Assembly: GCA_034669905.1 (NCBI GenBank)
Contig: JAXMOL010000010.1
Location: forward strand, 97,037-161,036
DNA from: Candidatus Hydrogenedentota bacterium
GTDB lineage: Bacteria; Hydrogenedentota; Hydrogenedentia; Hydrogenedentales; JAEUWI01
Direction: 5' to 3'
DNA: 64,000 nt
The translations under genes and the position numbers were made by a program. Shown piece after piece: positions 1-10,463 of this stretch. The notes beneath the pieces are model-generated. The model saw only the letters and a list, made by a program, of their open reading frames with translations, was not told the DNA's origin and searched no databases. Within the stretch, counting starts at the first letter, position 1. Each line of letters begins with the position of its first letter.

Positions 1-1310
1 CCTTTTCAAGCCTGGGTTCCCTGCTTATTTTCAGCCAACCCCTGGCGGAACGGCTCTTGGCCCTCCCCCGCAGCCTCCGTCAAAATGTCGCCGCCACGGT
101 GGGCGTATCCATTCTTCCCCTGCCCGTGACCGCCAATACTTTTCATGTGCTCAGCCTCATTGGCCCCCTGTGTAATCTGCTGGTCATCCCCCTGCTCACC
201 GCCCTGCTCTGGCTTGCTTTGCTGACCATCCTGGTAGCCCCCCTCTCTCTCGGCGCTGCCAGTATTTTCGGGCACGCCGCCGCACCCGTCGTGTGGGCCA
301 TACAGACCATCGCTACCTGGGGTGCCGCCATTCCCTTCGGCCATCGCTCCGTGACAAGCCCGACCTGGATTGCCACCATCGCCTACGCCCTCCTGGCCTT
401 GCTCCTGTACCGCGCCATCATCGACTCCGTCAATGCACGACGTCTCCTGATGCAGGCAGGTGCCTGTCTCGTGCTGACCTGGCTCCTCTGGCAGCCCTTG
501 AGCCGTCCCGCCACCATGGACTTCCTCGATGTGGGCCACGGGGATGCCACCTTCATCCGCACGCCCGAGGGCATCACCCTTCTCGTGGATGGTGGCAATC
601 GCAGTGACTACATCGATCAGGGGGGACGGACGGTCCTACCGTGGCTCTTGGCCCAGGGAATCGATCGGCTCGACTACGTGGTTGCAACCCACCCCGACCG
701 GGATCACGTGGGGGGACTACTTGCGGTGGTGGACACCCTGGAGGTTGGGGAAGTGCTGCTGTGGCCCTGGCCTTCGGACGATGAGGATGCCCGCGCCCTG
801 GTCGCACGGTGTGCTGCGAATCAGATTCCCCTCCGGCGGGTCGGCTACGGGGACCGCCTCCGTTGGGACAAAACAACGATAGATCTGTTGCACCCGCCCG
901 ACGATGCGACCCTGTCATCCGTGAACGATCAGTCCCTCGTGCTCCACGTACGGTGGCCCGGCATGAACGCGCTGCTCACCGGCGATATTGAAGCCCCGGC
1001 GGAACGGATGCTCCTGCCCCATGTGCCCCCGGTCGATATCCTGAAAGTGCCCCACCATGGCTCCCACACCTCCAGCACCGACGCCTTACTGCGGGCAACG
1101 AAACCTCAGATCGCCATCGTGTCCACCCGTGCCGGCCGCACCCGGGAAGCCATGGCCCCGTCTGTCATCGCGCGCTACGAAGCCCATGCCATCCCCCTGT
1201 TCCGCACCGACTATCTCGGCGGCATCCAGGTACGTGTCGAAGGCGAGACCATACAGGTTCGGAGTGCCCGGGAGGTCCGTGGCTACTCGCTGCCCCCCAC
1301 GGTGCCCTGA
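1..1310 (+). CDS. comEC: DNA internalization competence protein ComEC/Rec2 (5' truncated by window edge)
   Basis: Frame open from window start; TM-rich competence domain followed by metallo-beta-lactamase motifs FLDVGHGDA, THPDRDHVGG, LLTGDIE, KVPHHGS. Confidence 0.92.
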   Translation, partial: FSSLGSLLIFSQPLAERLLALPRSLRQNVAATVGVSILPLPVTANTFHVLSLIGPLCNLLVIPLLTALLWLALLTILVAPLSLGAASIFGHAAAPVVWAIQTIATWGAAIPFGHRSVTSPTWIATIAYALLALLLYRAIIDSVNARRLLMQAGACLVLTWLLWQPLSRPATMDFLDVGHGDATFIRTPEGITLLVDGGNRSDYIDQGGRTVLPWLLAQGIDRLDYVVATHPDRDHVGGLLAVVDTLEVGEVLLWPWPSDDEDARALVARCAANQIPLRRVGYGDRLRWDKTTIDLLHPPDDATLSSVNDQSLVLHVRWPGMNALLTGDIEAPAERMLLPHVPPVDILKVPHHGSHTSSTDALLRATKPQIAIVSTRAGRTREAMAPSVIARYEAHAIPLFRTDYLGGIQVRVEGETIQVRSAREVRGYSLPPTVP

Positions 1311-2050
1311 CCCAGCGCCGTTACGGCACCATTCTTGTCCGATTGGACAGCGGCCACGACGCGCATGGCTTTCACGTTCCAGTCAGACTTCCAGGGCAAA
1401 GATACGGTATAGGTGGCGAGGTCGGTCTCAGAAATATCGTAGCGGGTATAGGAACGGACCACCGCCTGATGGACCATTTTCTTCCCCTTGTTCTCGCCCG
1501 CAGTGACCTCACTCTGCAGTCCATCTTCGGCCAGGGCAATCCAGAGCACCCTTCCCGGCTCGGGTTTCACATCGCCGTTGATGGCAATGGCCACCGTGTC
1601 GGCACCGTCTTTCCGCTGCGCGGAAACCTGGAGTACCACCTTGGCACGGGTCGCAGCATCCTGAATCGCCTTCATCGCGCTCCTCCGATCGCTGCCGACA
1701 AATCCCTTCTCGCCATTGACCACCATCTGGGGCGTGTAGACCCGCTCTTCCTTGTGAATTCCCGCATAGGCCTGTTGACGCAGGCTGAAGGTCTTGTCCC
1801 CAAAGGGGTCTTTCCACCCCAGGTGATCCCAGTAGTCCACATGATAGGCCAGGGCGACAACCGTGCTATCGGCGAAGGGCTGGGTGCTGTGCAGGGCCGT
1901 GAGCAGACGGTCGGCGGGCGGACAACTGGAACACCCTTCCGAGGTAAACAGTTCGACAAGCACCAACTCTTTTTCAGCCGCCTGCGCACCTGTAGAAGCA
2001 GACAATAGGGACAGCAGCAGAACGACGAGACAAACACATCGATTGAACAT
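1283..2050 (-). CDS. DUF1223 family secreted thioredoxin-like protein
   Basis: Signal peptide, ELFTSEGCSSCPPAD, HVDYWDHLGWKDPF, YTPQMVVNG; ATG 2050 with GGAG RBS; 3' end overlaps comEC. Confidence 0.88.
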   Translation of the reverse strand: MFNRCVCLVVLLLSLLSASTGAQAAEKELVLVELFTSEGCSSCPPADRLLTALHSTQPFADSTVVALAYHVDYWDHLGWKDPFGDKTFSLRQQAYAGIHKEERVYTPQMVVNGEKGFVGSDRRSAMKAIQDAATRAKVVLQVSAQRKDGADTVAIAINGDVKPEPGRVLWIALAEDGLQSEVTAGENKGKKMVHQAVVRSYTRYDISETDLATYTVSLPWKSDWNVKAMRVVAAVQSDKNGAVTALGQGTVGGSE

Positions 2051-2093
2051 GATAAAAACTCCTCTGATTTGTGTCGTACACGGTCGCGCGAAA

Positions 2094-2669
2094 CTACGCG
2101 ACCGGGCGCACCTTACCCGCGCGCCGGCAGATGGCATCAAACAGCGCGGATACGGGCGCTATCCCATAGTCCGCAAAATTCTTGGGGTTGGACCAGAATT
2201 CATCCAGACATCCCCGGCGCTCCAGTTCGTAGCACCACACCTTGATCATCATCTGGGCCTTGTCGAGTCCGCGAAGCAGCCGGGCCTCGGGGCTTTCTGC
2301 GGCATCGAACTCGACATGGAGGGCCGCCAGGTTCCCTGGCAAGTCCGCCAGCATTTCCTCGGCAATCGCTTGTTCCGCCGCCTGCTTCGCCGCCTTGAGA
2401 TGCGCATCGGCCACGGGCATAGGAATATCCATCAGGCGCGCCTCCGCCAAATCATGGACCAGCGCCATGGCCAGCACCCGGTCGCGATTGAAGGTCTCGG
2501 GGTAGCGTTCCACAAACAGCAGGGCCAGAAGTGCCATGAAGTGACTGTGGGCAGAAACCGATTCCGGCTCGGTAACCCCGCGCATCACATAGCCCGCCCG
2601 TGGAACTCTGTCCAGGGGGTGGATGGTGCGAAAGAGTGTCAGTACCGACTCCGTAAACCCGTCATCCAC
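2094..2669 (-). CDS. HD-domain phosphohydrolase (YfbR/HDDC2-like 5'-deoxynucleotidase)
   Basis: RAGY, ESVSAHS, ALVHDLAEA, LDK motifs; GTG start at 2669 inferred (ORF extends to 2717). Confidence 0.85.
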   Translation of the reverse strand: MDDGFTESVLTLFRTIHPLDRVPRAGYVMRGVTEPESVSAHSHFMALLALLFVERYPETFNRDRVLAMALVHDLAEARLMDIPMPVADAHLKAAKQAAEQAIAEEMLADLPGNLAALHVEFDAAESPEARLLRGLDKAQMMIKVWCYELERRGCLDEFWSNPKNFADYGIAPVSALFDAICRRAGKVRPVA

Positions 2670-2688
2670 CGCCGCGCCGTTCCGTTCG

Positions 2689-4401
2689 TCAATCGGTGAT
2701 ATCAAGAGAGGCTCCATCTTCTTCCGTCGCCACGTCCGTCGCCTCGGTGCCCATGGCCCCCTCCAGCGCGTCCTTCAGGGCGCCGTTGTCACCCGGCAGT
2801 GGGGCCTTGTCTGGCTCCCCATCGGTGCGGTCAAAGTCTTCCGGAAGGGCCTCAAAAAAGTCGTCTTCAAAGTGGGCCTGCTCTTCGGCCATACGCTCCG
2901 GTTTATTTTGCGCCCGGGCCTCGCGCAAGGCCACCAACTGGGCCTGCATGTTTTCCAATGCCATTGACCAGGTTCTGGCGGCCGCGCCGTTCTCCGCACC
3001 CCCTTCCGGCTTCGTCGCCCGAAGCGAATCAAAAGCCGCTTCCAGCAGGCCAATGCGATGCTCCAATTCGCCCGCCTGAATACTCGCCTGGGCCATTTGA
3101 CTGGCGGTTTCATAGCGCAGGGCATCCATTTCCGCCGTCTGAATCGCCAGCACTTTCCGGGTCTTCGCCCATTCGAACTCGACGCCCTTCAGACGCTCGC
3201 GGGTACCCACCAGCGTATCGCGCATCTGTTGCTGGGCCAGTTTCGCATCGGATAGGGCGTCCCGCAATTGGGCCGCCTGTCCTGCGTCCGCCGCCCGCGC
3301 CTCCGACGCCGCGCCCAATCCATCCACAAGATCTTTCACGTCGGATTCGAGATCATGGCACAAAGACGCATGCTGTTGGCCCATCACCGTGAGGCTTTCC
3401 ACCGCTTCGGCAATGGCGCGCTGCGCCTGGGCCAACTCTGCCTGTAGTGCCGTCGTGTCATCCGAGGACATCCGTATCGCGCTCAGCTCGCCCTGTAAAC
3501 GGGCCTGCTGGGCCATCGCATACTCGGCTTCCTCCTGGAATAATGCTATCTGACTCTCCGCCATGGCCTGGGCAGACGTCGCTTCCTCCAGCGCCTTCAT
3601 CGCCTCACCCAACTGATCCCGGGCGGCCACGGCATCGGCCTGGATCACCGACGCCTTACGCGCTACGGCCTCTTTCTCGGCTATCGTTGCCGCCAGCGAT
3701 GCCTCCAGCCGGGCCACTTCGGCGGTCGCCGCATCCGCTTGCTGTTGCAGGGCCGCCACCCGCGCTTCCGCCAATTCTGCGGCGCGTTGGGCGGCTCCGG
3801 CGGCCAGGCCAGACGCTTCCAATTGCTCCTGCAGGGCATCGCGCTGCCGCTGCAATTCCTGGGCCGCCTCTTCCAGGGCCCGCACCCGATCCACGGCCTT
3901 ACTGTCACCGGCGACCAGGCGGGGTTCCATGGCGACTACCCGGGCAGAGGCCAAACGGTTGACCAGGGAAACCGGTAGTTGGGAGAGCCGGTTGGGGTGT
4001 ACGCTTGACGCGATGACCACCGGGTGCTGATAGGCGAGAAAGGTCTCGATCACGGCATCAAGGCGACGAACCTCGGCATCGAAGCGCTCCAGCCCATCAA
4101 CGAGCAATATGGCGCGACGGCCTTGCAGGGGCGAGCTGTCTTCTACCAGGCCCCGCACTTTCTCGGGAATATCGTCGGGCGTGATCAGCGCCAATCCCGC
4201 GGGCAACGTGCCGGCCCGCACCTGTTTGGCAATGGCCCAGAGCAGGTGACTTTTACCGCTGCCTTCGGGTCCCAACAGCACCACCAGCGCTGGCCCCATC
4301 TCCTCCAACAGGGCGATTCGCCGACATACGGTATAGGCCTCCTGGTTCCCGGGGGCCACCTGAAAGGTATCGAAACTTCGTCCCTTCATAACTGCCTTCA
4401 T
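2689..4401 (-). CDS. DnaA/Hda-type AAA+ domain fused to long coiled coil and acidic tail
   Basis: SFDTFQVAPGNQEA, Walker A GPEGSGKSHLL, Walker B LLVDG, VVIASSVHP, SLVNRL; then ~330 aa Ala/Glu/Gln-rich heptad region. Confidence 0.75.
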   Translation of the reverse strand: MKAVMKGRSFDTFQVAPGNQEAYTVCRRIALLEEMGPALVVLLGPEGSGKSHLLWAIAKQVRAGTLPAGLALITPDDIPEKVRGLVEDSSPLQGRRAILLVDGLERFDAEVRRLDAVIETFLAYQHPVVIASSVHPNRLSQLPVSLVNRLASARVVAMEPRLVAGDSKAVDRVRALEEAAQELQRQRDALQEQLEASGLAAGAAQRAAELAEARVAALQQQADAATAEVARLEASLAATIAEKEAVARKASVIQADAVAARDQLGEAMKALEEATSAQAMAESQIALFQEEAEYAMAQQARLQGELSAIRMSSDDTTALQAELAQAQRAIAEAVESLTVMGQQHASLCHDLESDVKDLVDGLGAASEARAADAGQAAQLRDALSDAKLAQQQMRDTLVGTRERLKGVEFEWAKTRKVLAIQTAEMDALRYETASQMAQASIQAGELEHRIGLLEAAFDSLRATKPEGGAENGAAARTWSMALENMQAQLVALREARAQNKPERMAEEQAHFEDDFFEALPEDFDRTDGEPDKAPLPGDNGALKDALEGAMGTEATDVATEEDGASLDITD

Positions 4402-4495
4402 TGGTTGTACGACGCGTCTGATGTGCCGGATTGCACGAGGCCCATTCTAACACAGACCACTGGCAAACGACCCAGTCCAGCCGGAAAAACACGGC

Positions 4496-4672
4496 CTAAA
4501 ACTGCTCGGGCCCGATGAAATCCTTCTGAAAACCCGGCGCTACATACCGAAGCACTTGCCCGACTGCTCCATAGAGGGCGAGCAACGGCGTAATTAACAG
4601 CACCAGAAGGTTCAGCGACGCACCGTCTTCCTGCGCCCTGGCCGGTCGACTTAGTGGGCGAATATGCATCAT
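4496..4672 (-). CDS. Putative 58-aa small protein with basic leader and hydrophobic helix
   Basis: MMHIRPLSRPARAQEDGASLNLLVLLITPLLALYGAVGQVLRYVAPGFQKDFIGPEQF, preceded by GAAAGGTGG SD-like sequence; fills an intergenic gap. Confidence 0.5.
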   Translation of the reverse strand: MMHIRPLSRPARAQEDGASLNLLVLLITPLLALYGAVGQVLRYVAPGFQKDFIGPEQF

Positions 4673-4994
4673 CCTGACCACCTTTCCATGCATGGCATTC
4701 CATTCAGTGTAAGGGGCAGGATTGGATTGCGCAAGGCCTGCCCCATCCCGTCCTCCACACCCCGATTCCTTGCATCCCGTCTCCCGTTCTGCTTCAATGG
4801 GACCGGTGCGCACACGCAGTGCACCCCATTTCCGTCGTGGCCACGCCCCCCGGGGAACGGCTACCTGGAACACGGGGAGGGGCACCGGGAATACCGGCAG
4901 TGTCTCGGGGCGCGACCTCCACGCGTAGTGTGTAGCGGCTTCGTGCCCGATCGATGGCACACGACACCCTATCGCTCTGAAAGGAACAACAATA

Positions 4995-5885
4995 ATGAAC
5001 CCATTCGGCCACTTTCTTCTCGCCCTGACCCTCGCCATCGGGTGCTCCGCGCCTGCCATGGCCGAAACATACACCCTGGGCCCCGATTCGCTGCCCCAGG
5101 AAGGGGTGCCGCAGGGTACCGTGACCGAACATACGATGAGCGACAGCACGGTCTATCCCGGCACCACACGTCAATACTGGGTCTATGTGCCCGCGCAGTA
5201 TGATGGCACCGAGCCGGCCTGCGTCATGGTCTTTCAGGACGGCGCTTCCTACGTATCGCTTGAACGGGACTTCCGGACGCCAACGGTCTTCGACAATCTC
5301 ATCCACCAGGGAGCCATGCCCGTCACCATCGGCATCTTCATCAATCCGGGCGAGTATCCTGCGGAAAAAGAGGGCGAAAAACCGAAACGCAACCGCAGTG
5401 TCGAATATGACACCCTGAGCGACCAATATGCCCGCTTCCTGCTGGAAGACGTCCTCCCGACCGTCGGCAAGGACTACCGGCTCACGGAAGATCCCGAAGG
5501 TCGCGCCATTTGCGGCATCAGCTCTGGCGGCATCTGTGCCTTTACCGTGGCCTGGGAGCGCCCGGACCAGTTCCGTAAGGTGCTTAGCCACGTGGGGAGC
5601 TTCACCAACATCCGGGGTGGTCATGTCTACCCCGCCCTCATCCGAAAGTCAGAGAAGCGGCCCATGCGAATCTATCTTCAGGCAGGCGAAAACGACCTGG
5701 ATAACGCCCACGGGAATTGGCCCCTGGGTAATATGCAGATGGACAAGGCACTCGCCTACGCCGAATACGATCACAAATTTGTTATGGGCACCGAAGGGCA
5801 CAATGCCAAACACGGTGGCGCGATTCTCCCCGATATGCTGCGGTGGCTGTGGCGGGACTACCCGGGCGTCACCGCCAAAGAATAG
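4995..5885 (+). CDS. Secreted esterase (enterochelin esterase/Fes-like alpha/beta hydrolase)
   Basis: Signal peptide, YWVYVP, VFQDG, nucleophile GISSGG, C-terminal His; AAGGA RBS. Confidence 0.85.
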   Translation: MNPFGHFLLALTLAIGCSAPAMAETYTLGPDSLPQEGVPQGTVTEHTMSDSTVYPGTTRQYWVYVPAQYDGTEPACVMVFQDGASYVSLERDFRTPTVFDNLIHQGAMPVTIGIFINPGEYPAEKEGEKPKRNRSVEYDTLSDQYARFLLEDVLPTVGKDYRLTEDPEGRAICGISSGGICAFTVAWERPDQFRKVLSHVGSFTNIRGGHVYPALIRKSEKRPMRIYLQAGENDLDNAHGNWPLGNMQMDKALAYAEYDHKFVMGTEGHNAKHGGAILPDMLRWLWRDYPGVTAKE

Positions 5886-5997
5886 CCTTGAGTCTGCGAG
5901 CATTCGAAGCGCCCAGAGAGCGATCCGACATCGTTTACAGCCGGGCTGAGATCAGATACTATGGGAAGGCCTTACCAGATTTAAGGCTTTCGGGCAC

Positions 5998-8667
5998 ATG
6001 GAGTACAACCACCGCGCCTGGTATGCGGCGAGTGTATTCCTGGATTGTGAGATTAGGACGCTGTCTTCCACGCACAAAACATATTATCTGGGAACGGCCC
6101 TCCTGCTGCTGGTCTTGCTGACGATCCTTTTCGATCAAATTATTCGAAACTTCGTCATCCTGCCACAGTTCAGCGAGTTGGAACGCCAGAAAGCCGATAC
6201 CAACGTCCTGCGATGCGCCGACGCCATCTACCGGGAAGCCGCCCATGTGTTTGATACGGTCGGGAGCTGGGCGCTCTGGGATGATATCTATCTCTATGTC
6301 GAAGACCACAATGAAGAATTCGAGAAGGTCAATCTTGTCTGGGATTCTCTGCAGTCTTTCGGGCTGGACATGATTTACATCTGCGACCTCGAAGGACAGG
6401 TAATCTGGGGCGAAACCTATCTGCCCCATGAGGCAACGACCGGGCACGCCCTGCCCTTCAACGGTACACAACTCGATTTCAGTGCCCTGCCTTTCAGCAT
6501 ATTCTCCAATGAAGATAGCTACGGATTGCTCGAAACCGACCAGGGCCTTGCGCTGGTAGGAGCCCGGGGCATACGCAATAGTGATGGCACCGCCCCGCGA
6601 CGGGGTGTGTTAATTATGGGGCGCTTCCTCACTCCGGAACTCATCACAGCTATCTCCGACCGCGTCCACGTTCCCTTTGAGCTCATCCCCCTTTCGGCCA
6701 AAGCCAGTGAACTGCCTGACGTCGCGCTTTACAGTACCCTCGAGTCCCAGGATTCGATGGTTTCGGCACCTTCCAGGACCCAATGGAACGCCTACACCCT
6801 TCTTCGAGACCTGAATAAAGCACCCCTGATAATCGTAAAGGCGACGGGGGAACGGGATGTCATGGCCCTCGGAAGAAAAGCCGCAGCATTGGTATCTCTC
6901 CTCGTTTTCCTCTTAAGCGCCGTACTGATTGCTACGGCACTACTCCTCTTACGCCGTAGCGCACGCTATTCTGCCCGGGTGGAACGTCAGGTCGCCGAGC
7001 GTACGGAAGAACTGGCCGAAACCAACCTCCACCTGGAAAGCGCTTTCCACGTCGCCCAGGAATCCGCCCGCGAAGCCGAACGGGCGAATGCGGCAAAAAG
7101 CCTCTTCCTCGCCAACATGAGCCATGAAATCCGCACCCCGATGAATGGGGTAATCGGTATGACCGGCTTGCTCCTCGACACCGAACTCACCGAGACACAA
7201 CGTCACTACGCCGAGACGGTGCGCGATTCTGCGGACGCACTGCTGGGCATCATCAATGACATCCTCGATTTCTCCAAAATTGAGGCGGGACACCTCGACT
7301 TTGAGTCCATTACCTTTGACCTCGGCCACGTCGTTACCCGCGCAACCGATGTCGTGGCAGAGAAAGCCCGGGAAAAGGGATTGACGCTGGTCATCGACGG
7401 TACACAGGAGCCCCTCCCCCCGCTCGTGGGGGACCCGGGAAGACTCCGGCAGATTATCGTCAACCTGCTCAATAACGCGATAAAGTTTACCCGGGACGGG
7501 GAGGTTCGGGTCCAGTTCCGCAAAGTCGGGGAGACCGCAGACAAACTGGAGCTACTGATCGAGATCAGGGACACCGGAATCGGGATTCCCGACACCGCCT
7601 TATCCCAGCTGTTCCAATCTTTCTCCCAGGTCGATGCCTCCACCACCCGTCGCTTTGGAGGCACCGGGCTGGGCCTGGCCATTTCGAAACAGTTGGTTGA
7701 GATGATGAGCGGTCAAATCGGTGTTGAAAGCGAAGAAGGCAAGGGAAGCCGTTTCTACTTCACCATCCTGCTACCCAAGAGCACGGACCCCGCCCCCCCA
7801 TCCACGTCGACCCCGCTGCGGCTTTCTGAGAAGCGTCTTATTGTAGTCTCGGACAAGGAACCAGCCACCCACGACATCTGCCAGCACCTCGCCCACTGGG
7901 ATTGCCCCTACGAATGGGCCCGCGGCGAAGCGGACAGCGCGGGACTTATCCAACAACACCTGCAGCGAAATACGCCCTTTGACCTGGTGCTCTTCGATCT
8001 TGAAACGACGCCGGATGAAGCACTTCGCATTGGCCGCAAACTCATGGCAATTCCGCCACCCGCCAAACTGCCCATGGTCATGCTCGGACCAGTCGAGGGG
8101 CAGGGGGCTATCGAAGAAGCGCGCGCGGCTGGATTCTCGGCCTACCTGGCCACGCCAATCGGACCGGAAATGCTCAGGGACTGCCTCGGGCAGATCCTGG
8201 AAGAGCCAGACTCCGCTAACTTTTTCACCAGCGACCCGACGTGCGAGACCAAGACTCCACTGCCGCCCCGTGAGCCTCAGAGCACGCGGCGCATCCTCCT
8301 GGCAGAGGATAACAAGGTTAATCAGCAGGTGGCGCTTCACCTCATCAAACGCCTGGGATACCAGGCAAAAGCCGTCGACAACGGCCGCGATGCGGTGACC
8401 GCAATCCAGGAACAGGACTTTGACCTGGTGCTGATGGATTGCCAGATGCCCCAACTGGATGGTTTCGGGGCAACCCGGGAAATTCGCCGCATGCCTTCGC
8501 CCCAGTGCGATGTGCCCATTATTGCCCTGACCGCAGGGGCCATGGAGGGCGATCGGGAGCAGTGCCTGGCAGCGGGTATGGACGACTACATCTCAAAGCC
8601 GATCGACCATCGTGTGCTCGGTGAAGCGCTCAAGCGCTGGCTCCACGACAACCCGCGAGGCCGCTAA
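5998..8667 (+). CDS. Hybrid sensor histidine kinase/response regulator, CHASE4 sensor, two receiver domains
   Basis: Two TM segments flanking WALWDDIY (CHASE4); H-box [17 protein letters not shown]1, G2 boxes; receiver LVLMDCQMP; start uncertain. Confidence 0.92.
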   Translation: MEYNHRAWYAASVFLDCEIRTLSSTHKTYYLGTALLLLVLLTILFDQIIRNFVILPQFSELERQKADTNVLRCADAIYREAAHVFDTVGSWALWDDIYLYVEDHNEEFEKVNLVWDSLQSFGLDMIYICDLEGQVIWGETYLPHEATTGHALPFNGTQLDFSALPFSIFSNEDSYGLLETDQGLALVGARGIRNSDGTAPRRGVLIMGRFLTPELITAISDRVHVPFELIPLSAKASELPDVALYSTLESQDSMVSAPSRTQWNAYTLLRDLNKAPLIIVKATGERDVMALGRKAAALVSLLVFLLSAVLIATALLLLRRSARYSARVERQVAERTEELAETNLHLESAFHVAQESAREAERANAAKSLFLANMSHEIRTPMNGVIGMTGLLLDTELTETQRHYAETVRDSADALLGIINDILDFSKIEAGHLDFESITFDLGHVVTRATDVVAEKAREKGLTLVIDGTQEPLPPLVGDPGRLRQIIVNLLNNAIKFTRDGEVRVQFRKVGETADKLELLIEIRDTGIGIPDTALSQLFQSFSQVDASTTRRFGGTGLGLAISKQLVEMMSGQIGVESEEGKGSRFYFTILLPKSTDPAPPSTSTPLRLSEKRLIVVSDKEPATHDICQHLAHWDCPYEWARGEADSAGLIQQHLQRNTPFDLVLFDLETTPDEALRIGRKLMAIPPPAKLPMVMLGPVEGQGAIEEARAAGFSAYLATPIGPEMLRDCLGQILEEPDSANFFTSDPTCETKTPLPPREPQSTRRILLAEDNKVNQQVALHLIKRLGYQAKAVDNGRDAVTAIQEQDFDLVLMDCQMPQLDGFGATREIRRMPSPQCDVPIIALTAGAMEGDREQCLAAGMDDYISKPIDHRVLGEALKRWLHDNPRGR

Positions 8668-10145
8668 TCCCGTGCGGAGCCTTCGCGGCTTTCTGGTTCC
8701 CCATCACCCCGCCACCTGTGCAGACCGTGCTGCAGGGCCATGCCCAGCAGCACGATGGACAGCCCGTCCGTCGTGAAACGATAACGGGCCGTTTCCAGGT
8801 AGTCGAAGGTACACCCCAGCGCCGCCACCATGAAAATGGTGAATCCCATGAACAACAGGACCCCACGCTGGGCCCCGGTCAGCCCAAAGTGCCCCGGGCG
8901 TAGCGCGCGATACACGCCATAGAGCAATACCAGGGGCAGCCCGAGCAACAGAAACAGATAGGGCGGTGTCCCGGTCATCTCGATAAGGCGACTGTGTTTC
9001 GAAAGGTCCACCGGCACCTTCCCGTAGAGCACATGATCATAGAAGGCAATCAGCGGCGTGATGTGCTGTTGATTCTCCGGTGAAATGGGCAGGGCACTGC
9101 TCGACTTGAAGTAGCGATACCACGATTGCACCGTCGAAATCAGGAAATGCTTCGGCTGATGCAGCAATACATACTTCGCATCGGCACCGTACTCATTACA
9201 ATTCTCGATGAACCCATAGTGGTTGTAGTTCACCGCATCGTTCGTCTTGTGCGTGCGCGAAAGGGCCCGCACCTTCTTAAACCGCTCCGGCACCACCTTG
9301 TACTTAAAATCGTAGGCATCTAAGGACGCCCAGCGGTTGACGAGGGACAGCTCGGAAATCTTCCCCTCCTCCACCAGCTTGTTTTTTTCATCCCACGGCA
9401 TGTTCCCCGCCGTCATGATCCAGAGGTTCTTCTCCGTGAAGCTGCACACATTGAATTCACCAAAGAGCACATAATTCTTGAAATAGAATCCGAAGAGCAC
9501 CAGAAAGGGCACGAGGGCCACCGTAACAATCTGGCGACGATAGCCCTTTCCCAGCCCCACCAGCACCCCGAAAAGAAGGATGTAATAGCCGAGGTGAAAC
9601 ATACTCCGCATGCCGCAAAGCAAAAATATCGCCAGGAAGAATCCCGCCAGGGGCAAGACACGGCGGCTTTCCAGATAGCCCAGCAGACACACCGCCGCCA
9701 CGCTCAGCAAGGCCGCGATGGGCATGGTGTACATGAGGAACTGTTCCCACAGGATAAACGAGGGGCTCGCCATAAACACCGTGCTCAGTACCGCCGCCAA
9801 ACGCCGCCCCACCCCAAGCCGCACCTGCAAGACGAAGGTATTGAGATAGAGACAAAGCCCACAGGCCACGTAAAGGGCGTAAAAGAGCCAGGGACTCTCC
9901 GGCGTCACCTTGAGCACCAGGCCCACGAAAAGATTAAAGAGGGGCGGCTGAATATGAAGGTACCACACACTCTCCAACAGCCGCGTCTTAAGCAAGACGG
10001 GATCGAGAAAATGCATGACCTCGATCAGGGTCCGGTCATTAAAGCGCACCCCCACCAGATAATAGAGGCCGTGGACAACAAAAAAGCACGCAGTGAGGCC
10101 AATAAGCCAGCGGCTGAGAGATGATTTTGAGGTGGTGTTCTGCAT
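8664..10145 (-). CDS. Polytopic membrane protein, possibly GT-C-fold glycosyltransferase-like
   Basis: ~10 hydrophobic segments, LHIQPPLFN loop, large soluble loop, C-terminal RYR motif. Confidence 0.6.
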   Translation of the reverse strand: MQNTTSKSSLSRWLIGLTACFFVVHGLYYLVGVRFNDRTLIEVMHFLDPVLLKTRLLESVWYLHIQPPLFNLFVGLVLKVTPESPWLFYALYVACGLCLYLNTFVLQVRLGVGRRLAAVLSTVFMASPSFILWEQFLMYTMPIAALLSVAAVCLLGYLESRRVLPLAGFFLAIFLLCGMRSMFHLGYYILLFGVLVGLGKGYRRQIVTVALVPFLVLFGFYFKNYVLFGEFNVCSFTEKNLWIMTAGNMPWDEKNKLVEEGKISELSLVNRWASLDAYDFKYKVVPERFKKVRALSRTHKTNDAVNYNHYGFIENCNEYGADAKYVLLHQPKHFLISTVQSWYRYFKSSSALPISPENQQHITPLIAFYDHVLYGKVPVDLSKHSRLIEMTGTPPYLFLLLGLPLVLLYGVYRALRPGHFGLTGAQRGVLLFMGFTIFMVAALGCTFDYLETARYRFTTDGLSIVLLGMALQHGLHRWRGDGEPESREGSARD

Positions 10146-10463
10146 AGCAAGGAGTTTCGCAGAACCGGGCAAGCCATGCAACTATGGGCCTTCCGTCTTT
10201 AGAGAATAGCCCAACGCTCGACCAACGCCATACGCCATCTATGCCATCAAGGAACGAAGAGCGCAACGAGTGGATAGGAAATCAATTCGCCCAATATCAC
10301 AAAGCATCGACTCAGCCACCCGGGACGAAGGCAATGCGGCCTGAGACAAGTACACCCAGGTCGTTCAACAGGCCACCATTTTCCGTGGACTTCCGTGCTT
10401 TCCGTGGTAGACCATCCTGAAATCTGGAATCATTCGCGTCCGCCACCGAACGCCCCCCGCCAC

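Noticed and set aside
2689..4401. Calling this gene dnaA, with oriC nearby
   Set aside because: Lacks domains I and IV, no dnaN linkage, and no clustered TTATCCACA boxes seen
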